Below are positions 8,942-19,073 of a DNA stretch of 64,000 bases, piece by piece. Each line of letters opens with the position of its first letter. Within the stretch, counting starts at the first letter, position 1. The stretch lies in NCBI GenBank assembly GCA_965261395.1, contig OZ253462.1:4192001-4256000 (forward strand), in the 5' to 3' direction. A program made the position numbers and the translations under genes. The DNA is from Candidatus Latescibacterota bacterium (GTDB lineage Bacteria > Latescibacterota > UBA2968 > UBA8231). Under the pieces are notes generated by a model. The model worked only from the letters and a program-made list of their open reading frames with translations, was not told the origin of the DNA and searched no databases.

Positions 8942-10039
8942 TCAGCGCAAGAGGCCCCGCGCTGAGATGTCCCATATTTTCTCCACGCGCCCCTTGCGGA
9001 TGGCGACGAAGTAATTGTGGAGGAAGGTAGTCGAATCCGAATAGCCGACGAGCAATTCGATCCGCTCGCCCAAGGCCGGCCCGGCCTGGCCCTCTACGAT
9101 ATCGAAGATGCCGTGTTCAGCAGACAGGCCGCGCAAGCGCAGGTCGCTTCGGCCCAGCACCTCCGGCGGTTGGTGACCGGACGATAGCGTCTTAAAGCCA
9201 GCATCGACGACGACCCGGTCGGCAGCGCGGCTAGTGACCGTGGTGAGCACCGTTAGGGCGGGGGAGAGGGCTTCGACGTGACAGGTGTGGCGATACATGG
9301 CGTCCATGAACACGCCGCCGCCAGCTTGAAGCTCAGTGATCCCGTCGTGGAGGGCGCTGATCTCGTATGAACCCGTGCCGCCGGCACTGACGATTTCTAC
9401 TTGTATTCCATTGTTCTCCAACAAGTTACGAGATTTTACTAATAGATCCAGTGCTTGGTAACAGGCCTTTTGCTTGGCCGGGAGTGGCCAGCAGTCGAGC
9501 ACGTGGCCTTCGTAGCCCATCAGGCCCCTGAACGCCAGCCTAGGTTGGTTGCTAATGGCTTTGGACAAGGCGAGAAGAGGGGGACCAGGCTCCACGCCGA
9601 CTCGCTTCATGCCAATGTCGATCTCCACGACCACGGGGATGCGGACGCCCTCGGCGGCGGCCGCGGCGGCCATAGGTTCGACGACGGTGATATTGTCCAC
9701 TGCGGCAATGACCTCGGCTTGGTGTTGCAGGCGGGCTAGAGTGGCGAATTTCGCTGGACTGACAATCTGGTTGGCCAGCAGGATGGAGGATACGCCATGC
9801 GCGACCATCCACTCGGCTTCGCTCAATTTGGCACAGGTGATGCCACAGGCTCCGTTGGCCAGCTCGATGTGGGCTATGGCCGGAGATTTGTGCGCCTTGC
9901 TGTGGGGCCGCCATGCCTTGCCGTTGGCGCGGCAATACGTGGCCAAGTGCTGCACATTGGATTCAAAGCGCTCGAGATCGAGCAGCAGCACCGGGGTCTC
10001 TAAATCGCCAACTGCTTGGCCGGGTGCGGGTATATTCAC
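8942..10039 (-). CDS. DSD1 / D-threonine aldolase family PLP-dependent enzyme
   Basis: TPVLLLD, RPHSKAHK, GLMGYEGH, GGTGS, DAGFK, SAEHG. Confidence 0.85.
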   Translation of the reverse strand: MNIPAPGQAVGDLETPVLLLDLERFESNVQHLATYCRANGKAWRPHSKAHKSPAIAHIELANGACGITCAKLSEAEWMVAHGVSSILLANQIVSPAKFATLARLQHQAEVIAAVDNITVVEPMAAAAAAEGVRIPVVVEIDIGMKRVGVEPGPPLLALSKAISNQPRLAFRGLMGYEGHVLDCWPLPAKQKACYQALDLLVKSRNLLENNGIQVEIVSAGGTGSYEISALHDGITELQAGGGVFMDAMYRHTCHVEALSPALTVLTTVTSRAADRVVVDAGFKTLSSGHQPPEVLGRSDLRLRGLSAEHGIFDIVEGQAGPALGERIELLVGYSDSTTFLHNYFVAIRKGRVEKIWDISARGLLR

Positions 10040-10980
10040 GGCGTAGATAACCTCCAGTTGCCGGGGTTGAGCAGGGTTGAATCCGCGACCGAGATTGCAC
10101 GCACGGCTGCTACTAGATCGGGCGGTAGGGGGCCGGCTTCGACTGCGCGGATATTGGCTTCGAGTTCGGAGACGTTGGTAGTACCGAAAATAGCTGAATG
10201 AGCGCCGGAAGCAAAAGCGGCAAAGCGCAGAGCGAGTTCGGCCAGCTCTATGCCTGCGTCCTGTGCTAGCAGTAGCAGGGGAGTGGCCAAGGGCGACAGA
10301 CCAGCGAGCGCGGTCGGGAGCGAGTCGAGCCGATGCGACAGGATGCCTTGGAGGAAGACGGAGCGCAGGACGACGCCCGTACCCTGCGCTCGGGCACGGG
10401 GGATCACTTTGCGTTCCATCCGGCGGTCGAGTGCGCTATACGGTATTTGCAGTGCGCAAATTAGCTCGGGATGATCTAAGGCATCGAGCGGTGCCTCTTC
10501 GCCGTACGTCGTAACGCCCCAATAGCGCACCCAGCCGCGTTGGCAGTATTGCGCTAGCAGGTCCAGCAGTTCTGGGGTTGCAAAACGCGTGTCGAGGCTG
10601 TGTAGCTGCACGAGTTCGAGGACGTCAACGCCGAGCGTCTGCAAGCTCTGGCTCAGCGACTGCTCGACGGACTGTCGCAGCGCCTGCCCGGTCAACAGCC
10701 CTGCGCTGTCGGCATCGCGGATGGAGAGCTTGGTGGCAATCACGGGCCGGCAGCCCAGCCCGGCACACGCGCGGCCCACGAGGCTTTCGCTGCGACCGTA
10801 TGCTGAGGCCGTGTCGATGTAGTTGATGCCCAGTTCCAAGGCGCGGTGGATCAAGCCAATCACGCGGTGATCCGGTGGAGGCGGCTGATGGTCCCAGCCA
10901 TACGCCATGCCTAGTTGCACGGTGCCGAGGCCCAAGGCCGACAGACGCAAGTTCGTGCGGCCTAGGGTTGCGTATTGCAA
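10036..10980 (-). CDS. Aldo/keto reductase
   Basis: LGRTNLRLSALGLGT, IDTASAYGRSE, IATK. The likely start is TTG at 10980, preceded by GGAG; the ORF-track start at 11070 overlaps murQ too far. Confidence 0.85.
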   Translation of the reverse strand: MQYATLGRTNLRLSALGLGTVQLGMAYGWDHQPPPPDHRVIGLIHRALELGINYIDTASAYGRSESLVGRACAGLGCRPVIATKLSIRDADSAGLLTGQALRQSVEQSLSQSLQTLGVDVLELVQLHSLDTRFATPELLDLLAQYCQRGWVRYWGVTTYGEEAPLDALDHPELICALQIPYSALDRRMERKVIPRARAQGTGVVLRSVFLQGILSHRLDSLPTALAGLSPLATPLLLLAQDAGIELAELALRFAAFASGAHSAIFGTTNVSELEANIRAVEAGPLPPDLVAAVRAISVADSTLLNPGNWRLSTP

Positions 10981-11888
10981 GGGGTTGCTCCGGTGGTGAG
11001 GGTGGCGGTCTTGACGCTCCCGCCGCAGGCGTCGAGGAGGTGCTGTGCTTGGGCTCGATCTAGTTGGCACAGCTCCATGACCAGCGCTAGCTTCAAGCCG
11101 CCTTCAGCCGCTTGCAGCCGGGCGGCGGCCACTTGAGGCGAGGCTCCGGTCAGCTTCGCCAAGATGCGCTCGGCGCGGTCTCGCAGCTTGGCATTGGTGG
11201 GTTGCAGATCGACCATGAGGTTGCCGTAGGTCTTACCCAATTTCACCATGGTACCGGTGCTGATCATGTTGAGTACCAGCTTGGTCGCCGTTCCGGCCTT
11301 CATCCGCGTCGATCCAGTGATGACTTCCGGGCCGACCTCGGGGACGATCTTGATCGACGCTACAACGGACTCGGCGGCTGTGGGGCTACACGTAAAAAAG
11401 ATCGTCGGACAACCCCGTTGCGCTGCGTACTCCATGCCGCTGAGAACGAAAGGGGTTACGCCGCTGGCGGCAATGCCCATGACCACGTCGGCCGGCCCTA
11501 AGCCCCGCTGGGCCAATTCGCTGGGTGCGGCCTTGCGGTCGTCTTCCGCGCCTTCTACAGCTTGGCACAGGGCTGTTGGCCCACCGGCGATCAGGCCCTG
11601 CACCAACTCGGGGTTGGCGCCAAAGGTGGGGGGGCATTCAGCGGCATCCAGCACGCCGAGCCGACCGCTGGTACCCGCGCCAAGGTAGAACAGGCGGCCT
11701 CCACTCCCGAGCTGGCTGGTCACCAAGTCAACCGCCTCGGCAATGGGAGTCAATAGCGTGGCGACCGCGGCCGGCACAAGGGCGTCTTCTCGATTGATGA
11801 TCGATAGCATCTCTAGCGTCGAGACCTCGTCGATGCGCTCCGTGGCTGGATTGCGTTGCTCGGTTTGCAGCTTGGACCAGTTGCCCAT
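10962..11888 (-). CDS. murQ: N-acetylmuramic acid 6-phosphate etherase
   Basis: TEQRNP, GAGTSGRLGVLDAAECPPTFG, EGAEDD, GPEVITGSTRMKAGTA. Confidence 0.95.
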   Translation of the reverse strand: MGNWSKLQTEQRNPATERIDEVSTLEMLSIINREDALVPAAVATLLTPIAEAVDLVTSQLGSGGRLFYLGAGTSGRLGVLDAAECPPTFGANPELVQGLIAGGPTALCQAVEGAEDDRKAAPSELAQRGLGPADVVMGIAASGVTPFVLSGMEYAAQRGCPTIFFTCSPTAAESVVASIKIVPEVGPEVITGSTRMKAGTATKLVLNMISTGTMVKLGKTYGNLMVDLQPTNAKLRDRAERILAKLTGASPQVAAARLQAAEGGLKLALVMELCQLDRAQAQHLLDACGGSVKTATLTTGATPCNTQP

Positions 11889-12000
11889 ATGGAATCGCCT
11901 AGCACCGGTGAAATGAACTGGACACAAAATAGACAGCCGAGCGCGGCGAGCAAAATTGTCAGGGTAGGGGAAAGGGTTATATTTTTATTTTAACCTTCAT

Positions 12001-12028
12001 ATTAAACATAAGGATAAGGATGCGGCAT
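12001..12028 (-). other. dif-like site (degenerate): ATGCCGCATCC TTATCC TTATGTTTAAT
   Basis: The right arm matches the E. coli XerD arm TTATGTTAAAT at 10/11 positions. The site overlaps the valS SD and ATG. Confidence 0.55.
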
Positions 12029-14786
12029 GACGGAAGAATTGGCCAAGACGTACGATCCCGTGGCGATAGAAAAAAAATGGTATGATTTCTGGGAGCAAAA
12101 CGGCCTTTTTAACGCGGGGATCAACCCGGACAAGCCCCCCTACTGCATCGTGATTCCTCCGCCCAACGTGACGGGCGAGTTGCACATGGGCCACGCCATC
12201 CAACACGCCATCCACGACTTGGTGGTGCGGTGGAAGCGGATGCAGGGTTTTGAGACGCTTTGCCTGCCGGGCACCGATCACGCGGGCATTGCCACCCAAA
12301 TGAAGGTTGAGCAGGACCTTTTGCAGGTCGAGGGCAAGAATCGCTATGACTTGGGACGCGCCCCCATGCTCGACCGGATTTGGCAGTGGAAAAAAAAATA
12401 CGGGGACGCCATCTACCACCAATTGCGCCAACTCGGGGCTAGCTACGATTGGCGGTGGGAGCGGTTCACGCTCGATGAGGAGTACGTCGAGGCCGTATTA
12501 CAGGCCTTCGCGCGCTTTGCAGAGAAAGGGTGGATTTACCGCGGCACTCGCATGATTAACTGGTGTCCGCAATGCCGCACCGTCATTTCCGATCTAGAGA
12601 CCGAAGAGCGCGAGGTCGATGGCCACTTGTGGCACATTCGCTACCCGGTCCAGGAGGGCACGCTGCAAGTCGTGGTCGCCACCACGCGGCCGGAGACCAT
12701 GCTCGGGGACACGGCCGTGGCCGTCCACCCCAACGACGGTCGCTGGCGCGAGGCCATTGGCTTGCAAGTCGAGCTGCCACTGACGGATAGAGCCATCCCC
12801 ATCGTCGCCGATGAATACGCCGATCCCGAGCTGGGCAGTGGCGCAGTCAAAGTTACGCCGGCCCACGATCCCAACGACTACGAGCTAGGCCTGCGCCACG
12901 ACCTCGCGCAAATCCAAGTCATAGGCTTTGATGGGGTTATGACCGAGGCAGCCGGTCGCTTTGCCGGGTTGGACCGCTACGCGGCCCGCGAGGCCGTGGT
13001 GGCCGCGTTGGAAGCCGAAGGGCTGCTGGCAAAAATAGAGAATCACCAACACGCCGTACCCCACCACGACAAGTGCGGCACAGTCGTCGAACCTCTGCCG
13101 ATGGAGCAGTGGTTTATGAACATGAAGGAGTTGGCGGCCAAGGCGCGGCCCGTGCTCGTACAGGAGGAGATCCAATACGTGCCCGATCGCTTCCGCCACT
13201 ATGCCATCGAGTGGTTGGACCAAATACGCGATTGGGCCTTGTCGAGGCAGATCTGGTGGGGGCATCGCATTCCCGCTTGGTATTGCACCCATTGCAGTGC
13301 CGATGGGCTGATCCCTATGGGCGACTTGGACTGGGAGCAGGCTCTGCGCGAGGGCAACTTCAGGGTCTCGGTGGCGGCCGGGGCCAAGCCCGTAGTCAGC
13401 GCGGATAAACCAGCAGCTTGTGTCGAATGTGGCGGCCGGGATTGGGTGCAGGACCCAGACGTGCTCGACACGTGGTTTTCTTCCGCCTTGTGGCCCTTTG
13501 CCACCCTCGGCTGGCCGCAGCGCAGCGACGCGCTGGAGTACTTTTATCCCACGGATTTGCTCATCACGGCCCGCGATATTCTCTATTTGTGGGTTTTGCG
13601 GATGGCCATGACCTCGCTAGAGTGCGTGGAGAAGATTCCCTTTAAGACGGTGCTGGTTCACCCGACGATTCTGACCCAAGACGGCCGCCGCATGAGCAAG
13701 AGCTTGGGCACGGGCCTCAACCCGCTCGACTTGGTCTCGCGCTATGGCGCGGATGCGACCCGCTACTGTCTGTTGGCACAAGCTGGGGCCGTCCAAGACG
13801 TGCGCTTCGATGCCTCAGTCGCCAATAACCAAGTGCAGGCTTCGGCCAGCGCGGAGGCCGGCCGCAACTTTGGCAACAAGCTGTGGAATGCGACCCGCTT
13901 CGTGCTGATGAACATCGATGGATACGAGCCAGGCCCCTGCGAGCGGAGCGAATTGGCCGATCGTTGGATCTGGAGCCGGTTGCAGGTGGCCGTGCGCGAG
14001 ATGACCGAAGCCATGCAATCCTATCGTTTCAGCGACCTGACGCGGGCGATCTACGACTTCGTCTGGCGCGACTATTGCGATTGGTACCTCGAATTGGCCA
14101 AGGTGCGCTTGCAGGGATGCGACTCCCAGGAACGGCGCACGGCCCAAGAGCATCTCGTGCGGGTGCTCGAAACCGCCCTGCGGCTGTTGCACCCCATTAT
14201 GCCCTTTATTACCGAGACCTTGTGGCAGGCCCTGCCCCACGGCTCGTCGGCTAACAGCATCATGGTCGCGGATTGGCCGGAATGCGATGCCGAGCTGATA
14301 GACCAAGAAGCCGAAGCGCAAATGCAGTGCTTGCAAGAGGTGGTGACCGGGGTGCGGATCATTCGCGGCGAGATGAACGTCCCACCGGGGCGCAAAGTCG
14401 AGGTTTTGGTTTCGGCCGCCTCGGACGAGGTGGAACAGACCCTGCACCAAGCCATCCCCTACATCGAGCTGTTGTGCCGGGCCGCCGCCGTGCAAGTCGG
14501 CCAGGGGATCGTCCGGCCACCGGCTTCGGGCAGCGCGATGACGGCCGCGGCCGAGATTTTTGTGCCCCTAGAGGGGTTGATCGACCTAGCCGCAGAGCAG
14601 CAACGGCTCAAACGAGAAATCCAGAAGATGGACGGCTTGCTCAAGGGCCTAGACGCCAAACTGGCCAATGAGCGCTTCCTCACCAAAGCTCCGCCCGAAA
14701 TCGTCGCACAGGAGCGCCAGCGCCAAGCCGAATACCGCGCCACTCAGGAGAAGCTAAACGCCAGCCTCAAGCTCGTCGAAGCCTAG
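12027..14786 (+). CDS. valS: Valine--tRNA ligase
   Basis: PPPNVTGELHMGHA, SRQIWWGHRIP, DVLDTWFSS, RMSKS, C-terminal coiled coil. Confidence 0.98.
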   Translation: MTEELAKTYDPVAIEKKWYDFWEQNGLFNAGINPDKPPYCIVIPPPNVTGELHMGHAIQHAIHDLVVRWKRMQGFETLCLPGTDHAGIATQMKVEQDLLQVEGKNRYDLGRAPMLDRIWQWKKKYGDAIYHQLRQLGASYDWRWERFTLDEEYVEAVLQAFARFAEKGWIYRGTRMINWCPQCRTVISDLETEEREVDGHLWHIRYPVQEGTLQVVVATTRPETMLGDTAVAVHPNDGRWREAIGLQVELPLTDRAIPIVADEYADPELGSGAVKVTPAHDPNDYELGLRHDLAQIQVIGFDGVMTEAAGRFAGLDRYAAREAVVAALEAEGLLAKIENHQHAVPHHDKCGTVVEPLPMEQWFMNMKELAAKARPVLVQEEIQYVPDRFRHYAIEWLDQIRDWALSRQIWWGHRIPAWYCTHCSADGLIPMGDLDWEQALREGNFRVSVAAGAKPVVSADKPAACVECGGRDWVQDPDVLDTWFSSALWPFATLGWPQRSDALEYFYPTDLLITARDILYLWVLRMAMTSLECVEKIPFKTVLVHPTILTQDGRRMSKSLGTGLNPLDLVSRYGADATRYCLLAQAGAVQDVRFDASVANNQVQASASAEAGRNFGNKLWNATRFVLMNIDGYEPGPCERSELADRWIWSRLQVAVREMTEAMQSYRFSDLTRAIYDFVWRDYCDWYLELAKVRLQGCDSQERRTAQEHLVRVLETALRLLHPIMPFITETLWQALPHGSSANSIMVADWPECDAELIDQEAEAQMQCLQEVVTGVRIIRGEMNVPPGRKVEVLVSAASDEVEQTLHQAIPYIELLCRAAAVQVGQGIVRPPASGSAMTAAAEIFVPLEGLIDLAAEQQRLKREIQKMDGLLKGLDAKLANERFLTKAPPEIVAQERQRQAEYRATQEKLNASLKLVEA

Positions 14787-16484
14787 ATGGCGTTTGATTA
14801 CTTCACCATTCAGGCCCTCGCGCAGGAGTTGCGGGTGCGCCTGCAAGGGGCGGTCATCGAGCAGGCCTATGCCCAGCCCACGGAACTCGCATTCGCGGTT
14901 GCCGAGGGCGAATGGCTGTACGGCGTGAGTGGCCGGGAGGGATTGCTCTGCCTGCGGCACGAGGCTTGGCCGCGGCCTTGGCGGGCGAGCGATGGTCCGG
15001 AAAAGTATCTGGTGCGAGCGCGGATTGTGGCCGTCGAAGCCGAGCACCGCGAGCGCATCTTGCGCTTGCGCCTAGAGCGCCGGGACCGCGACGGCCGCGC
15101 GAGCTTTGGCGTCTTGGTGTGCGAACTCATTCCCAACAAGGTGCGGTTTATTCTCCATCGCCAAGCCGATGATTCGATTCTGGGCTGCTGGGGAACAGCC
15201 AAGGACAAGGCACCCGTGGGCGCACCGTACCAGCGACCCGAGCCATCCGGCCGACTGCTGCCCGGTACGGACGCATCCAGTGCGTGGCGCGACCGGCTGG
15301 TGAGCGCGGATGCGGTTTTGGAAAAGGCAGCGAGGCGTTGGTTGGCCGGAGCAGACGCTTCGCTGGTGCGCGAGCTGATCTTCCGCAGCCAGCAGGGCAG
15401 CACGCTTCCTGTCAGCAGTATTGCTGACATAGGCGAGCTGGCCACAGCCCTGTGGACCGCGGCCACGGAGGCGTACACCGGCACGGTGGCCGGCCAGAGC
15501 TACGTGTGGCAAGAGGCGGGCCGCTTTCACTTTTCCGCCCTTAAACCGCGTCGTTTGCAAGGAGCATACGAGCAGTTTGACGCGGTCAGCGCAGGGATAT
15601 GGGCGGCGTGCCAAAAGGAGCGGACACAGCGCCGGGTACAGCGGGCGCAGCAACAGATTCGCAGGCGGCTGGTCCAAACTTTGAAAAATGCCCGGCGGCG
15701 TTTGGCCGCCATGCAAATCGAACTCGACGAGGCCGCGCGCGCCGAGGAGTACAAGCGAAAAGGCCACGCACTATGGGCCAATATGGGGCAGCTATCGGGT
15801 CGGCCCGCGCAAGTGGAACTGGCCGACCTCTTCGATTCAGAGGGAGAATCGACCCTGCGAATTGATTTGGATGTAAATCGCAGCTTAGCGGAAAACGCCG
15901 CATCCTATCTAAAGGCCGCGCAAAAATACGAGCGTCGTCAGCAAGTCCTGCCGCAGCGCTTAGCCGAGCTCGGTCGCCAGTGCGCCCAATACGAGGACTG
16001 GATTGGTGCGGTGGATGCCGGTATTTGGGAAGCCAACGACGCGCTGCAAAACTGGTTGGAGAGCAAGGTGACAAGCACCGACAAAACGGCAAGCAAGCAG
16101 CCCCAGGCCCATCCCCGGCGCTATAGGACATCTACGGGGTGGTCGGTGTGGGCCGGGCGCAACAACAAGGAAAACGACGTGCTGACGCACAAAATAGCCG
16201 CCCAAAACGATCTGTGGTTTCACGCCCGGGGGTACGCAGGCTCGCACGTCGTCCTCCGGAGCGAAGGCCGCAAGGAAGCCCCCAGCAAGCAGACTATTGA
16301 AGAGGCCGCGGCTTTAGCCGCGTATTGGAGCAAGGGTAAAACGGCGAAAAAGGTCTCCGTGGCGTACACCATGGTAAAACACGTCACCAAGCCGCGTGGA
16401 GGCGCGCCTGGGCAGGCGCTGTTGCGCCGTGAGAAAACGATCATCGTGGAGCCGGCCTTGTTAGAAAAAGAATCATCCGAATAG
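14787..16484 (+). CDS. NFACT / RqcH (Rqc2) family ribosome quality-control protein
   Basis: MAFDYF N-terminus, ENAASYLK, GRNNKEND, DLWFHARGYAGSHVV, AALAAYWSK. Confidence 0.85.
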   Translation: MAFDYFTIQALAQELRVRLQGAVIEQAYAQPTELAFAVAEGEWLYGVSGREGLLCLRHEAWPRPWRASDGPEKYLVRARIVAVEAEHRERILRLRLERRDRDGRASFGVLVCELIPNKVRFILHRQADDSILGCWGTAKDKAPVGAPYQRPEPSGRLLPGTDASSAWRDRLVSADAVLEKAARRWLAGADASLVRELIFRSQQGSTLPVSSIADIGELATALWTAATEAYTGTVAGQSYVWQEAGRFHFSALKPRRLQGAYEQFDAVSAGIWAACQKERTQRRVQRAQQQIRRRLVQTLKNARRRLAAMQIELDEAARAEEYKRKGHALWANMGQLSGRPAQVELADLFDSEGESTLRIDLDVNRSLAENAASYLKAAQKYERRQQVLPQRLAELGRQCAQYEDWIGAVDAGIWEANDALQNWLESKVTSTDKTASKQPQAHPRRYRTSTGWSVWAGRNNKENDVLTHKIAAQNDLWFHARGYAGSHVVLRSEGRKEAPSKQTIEEAAALAAYWSKGKTAKKVSVAYTMVKHVTKPRGGAPGQALLRREKTIIVEPALLEKESSE

Positions 16485-16509
16485 TCATATAATGTATAAT
16501 ATGTTAAAC
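16482..16509 (+). other. dif-like site: TAGTCATATAA TGTATA ATATGTTAAAC
   Basis: The spacer is identical to E. coli dif (TGTATA). The site begins with the upstream TAG stop and contains the miaA ATG. Confidence 0.75.
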
Positions 16510-17451
16510 AAACCTCTCATCATAATCACCGGACCAACCGCCACCGGCAAAACAGAAATAGCCCTCGAAGCAGCCCAGCACTTGCCCAAAGTGGAGATCG
16601 TTTCGGCCGACTCGCGGCAAATATACCGCTACATGGACATCGGCACGGCCAAGCCAACCACTGAACAGCAGAGCCAATGCGTCCATCACTTGCTCGATGT
16701 GCTCGGTCCCGGGGAAAGCTACAGCGCGGGAGCGTATGCTCGAGCCGCGCGGCGCATCATTGAGCAGATCTGGAACAGAGGGGGCCTGCCCATCATGGTG
16801 GGAGGGACGGGCCTGTACTGGCAGAGTGCACTAGACGGCTGCTTTGAAGACGAAGCCGAATACGCGCAAATACGCGCCGAATTGCAAAATCGCCTGCATT
16901 GCGAGGGACTTGCACCCCTATACGAGGAGTTGGGCTGTCGCGATCCGGTGGCACAAGCGCGGTTGCAGCCGAGCGACGCGCAGAGGATTCTTCGGGCCTT
17001 GGAGGTAGCGCTGAGCGGGAAGAGCACGCTCAGCGCACTATGGCGGGAGCGCAAGGGGCAGCCCTTTGTGCGGCAGCCGCAGATGATCAGCCTGACCATG
17101 GCACGCAGCCGGCTCTACGAGCGGATCGACCAGCGGGTCGAGCAGATGGTAGAGCGGGGATGGGTCGAGGAAGTCCGCGCCTTGCGCGAAAAGGGATACG
17201 ATCCAAGTGCCAGCGCCTTGGGAACCCTGGGCTATCTCGAAATATGCAGTGCGCTGGCAGGGCATTGCCCTTGGCAGGAAGCCGTCGAGCGGACCAAGCA
17301 GCGCACCCGCCATTTGGCCAAGCGACAAATGACGTGGTGCCGCCGCGACCGGCGCTTGCGCGAATTAGACCTCGACGTATGGGGGAAGGCCGGCGTCGTC
17401 CAACGCATCGTCGGCGAGTGGGAGTATCGATGGGGCAGTAGGCTGAGTTGA
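16501..17451 (+). CDS. miaA: tRNA dimethylallyltransferase
   Basis: GPTATGKT, SADSRQIYRYMDIGTAKP, VGGTGLY, AKRQMTW. The start is ATG at 16492 or 16501. Confidence 0.97.
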   Translation: MLNKPLIIITGPTATGKTEIALEAAQHLPKVEIVSADSRQIYRYMDIGTAKPTTEQQSQCVHHLLDVLGPGESYSAGAYARAARRIIEQIWNRGGLPIMVGGTGLYWQSALDGCFEDEAEYAQIRAELQNRLHCEGLAPLYEELGCRDPVAQARLQPSDAQRILRALEVALSGKSTLSALWRERKGQPFVRQPQMISLTMARSRLYERIDQRVEQMVERGWVEEVRALREKGYDPSASALGTLGYLEICSALAGHCPWQEAVERTKQRTRHLAKRQMTWCRRDRRLRELDLDVWGKAGVVQRIVGEWEYRWGSRLS

Positions 17452-17491
17452 CAGCGGTTGGGGCCTCTCCTACCTTAGGGCCGCAAAATTA

Positions 17492-17566
17492 GCGGGAGTA
17501 GCTCAGGGGTAGAGCGCAAGCTTCCCAAGCTTGATGTCGCGGGTTCGATTCCCGTCTCCCGCTCCA
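17492..17566 (+). tRNA. tRNA-Gly(CCC)
   Basis: GCGGGAG acceptor stem, anticodon arm CAAGC-TTCCCAA-GCTTG, GGTTCGATTCC T-arm, encoded CCA. Confidence 0.97.
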
Positions 17567-17568
17567 TC

Positions 17569-17603
17569 ATCCGCCTGGCCAACTTGGTCGGGCGGATTTT
17601 TTT
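17569..17603 (+). terminator. Intrinsic terminator after tRNA-Gly
   Basis: ATCCGCCTGGCC / GGTCGGGCGGAT stem plus T-run. Confidence 0.85.
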
Positions 17604-17705
17604 ATTTCTTTCCAAGGTATTGCCGTAGGTGTAATATCCATATACCTTTACCGATAGAACATCTTGCCCCACATTATGATACGTAGATTAATTGCTTGAT
17701 TCACT

Positions 17706-19073
17706 ATGGTTGTCGTAAAACAGATTGAGCCCAACAGTCTCGGCGCGCGCGCGGGATTTTGCATTGGCGATCGCATTTTGCGCATCAATGGCGAAGAAGT
17801 GCGCGATTTGATCGACGTTCAAGTTAGCAGCGCCGAGGAGGTGATCTGCGTAGAAATCGAGCGCGGCAAAGAGCTGTACGAGGCCGAGATTGAGCGCCGG
17901 AGCGGCGAATCCCTAGGGCTTGTCTTCGAGGATATGCGCTTGCGTAGCTGCAACAACAAATGCGTCTTCTGCTTTATCCATCAAATGCCCAAGGGCATGC
18001 GGCGCAGCCTGTATTTTGAGGACGACGATTTTCGGCTCTCCTTTCTCCACGGCTCGTACGTGACTTTGACCAATGTCCGCGAAAGCGATATTGATCGCAT
18101 CATTGAACAAGGGCTAACGCCGCAATACATCTCAGTCCACGCCACCGACCCCGAACTGAGGCAAGTCATGCTCGGGCGTACAAAAGAAACCGTCGATATC
18201 AACGAGCGCTTGCGCAAACTAGCTACCAACGGCATTGAAATGCACGCCCAGGTCGTGCTCTGCCCGGGCTGGAACGACGGGCCGCATCTAGAGCGCACAG
18301 TGACCGATCTGTCGGCGTACTATCCTGCGGTCCGCTCGGTGGCACTGGTGCCGGTGGGGCTGACCGATCATCGGCACAAGCTCGTCCAGCTCGAGCCGGT
18401 GACCCCGGCCAAGGCCGCTGAGTACGCGGCCGCAGCCGAAGCGTGGGGCTTGCAATTCAAAGCGCGTTTTGGCGAGCGGTTCGTCTATCCGGCGGACGAG
18501 ATCTTTCTGTTGACGGGTCGGCCCCTGCCAGAGGCGTCGTATTACGATGCGTTTCCCCAGCTAGAAAACGGCATCGGCATGGTTCGCTCCTTCCTCGACA
18601 CTTGGAACGAGACGAGCAAGAGGCTGCCAGCACGCACGGCCAAGGCCATGCGCATCGGTCTGCTGACCGGCCGTCTAGCCGAGCGAATCCTCGTGCCCTT
18701 AGTGGATAGGCTGAATGCCATCGCGAACGTACAGATTGATCTCCTGCCGGTAGATAACGACTTTTTCGGCCACGGCATTACCGTGTCGGGCCTGCTGACC
18801 GGCTGCGATATGGCGGCGAGAGTGCGCGACGGAATTCAGCGGGATTTGGTCTTGCTGCCGCCCAATTGCATCAATGGCGAGGGATTGACGCTGGACGACA
18901 TGACCGTGCCCCAACTTGCGGAAGAAGCCGGCGTGCCCCTCGCGGTAGGAGGGTACGACTTAGTCGAATCGATCGAGCGCTTTTGGGCCGATCAGAGCGT
19001 GAAAGTACAAGGGGAGGGACGGCAGCTAACCGAGCTGGGTTATTACATAGGGCGCGAAGGGCGCGAAAAATGA
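17706..19073 (+). CDS. DUF512 family PDZ / radical-SAM-like Fe-S protein
   Basis: N-terminal PDZ-like region, CNNKCVFCF, DDDFRLSFLHGSYVTLTN, QLENGIG; lies upstream of der as is typical. Confidence 0.9.
   Translation: MVVVKQIEPNSLGARAGFCIGDRILRINGEEVRDLIDVQVSSAEEVICVEIERGKELYEAEIERRSGESLGLVFEDMRLRSCNNKCVFCFIHQMPKGMRRSLYFEDDDFRLSFLHGSYVTLTNVRESDIDRIIEQGLTPQYISVHATDPELRQVMLGRTKETVDINERLRKLATNGIEMHAQVVLCPGWNDGPHLERTVTDLSAYYPAVRSVALVPVGLTDHRHKLVQLEPVTPAKAAEYAAAAEAWGLQFKARFGERFVYPADEIFLLTGRPLPEASYYDAFPQLENGIGMVRSFLDTWNETSKRLPARTAKAMRIGLLTGRLAERILVPLVDRLNAIANVQIDLLPVDNDFFGHGITVSGLLTGCDMAARVRDGIQRDLVLLPPNCINGEGLTLDDMTVPQLAEEAGVPLAVGGYDLVESIERFWADQSVKVQGEGRQLTELGYYIGREGREK

Noticed and set aside
17492-17700. 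tRNA-Gly as an island integration site
   Set aside because: Followed by a terminator and housekeeping genes; no duplicated tRNA 3' end was found.
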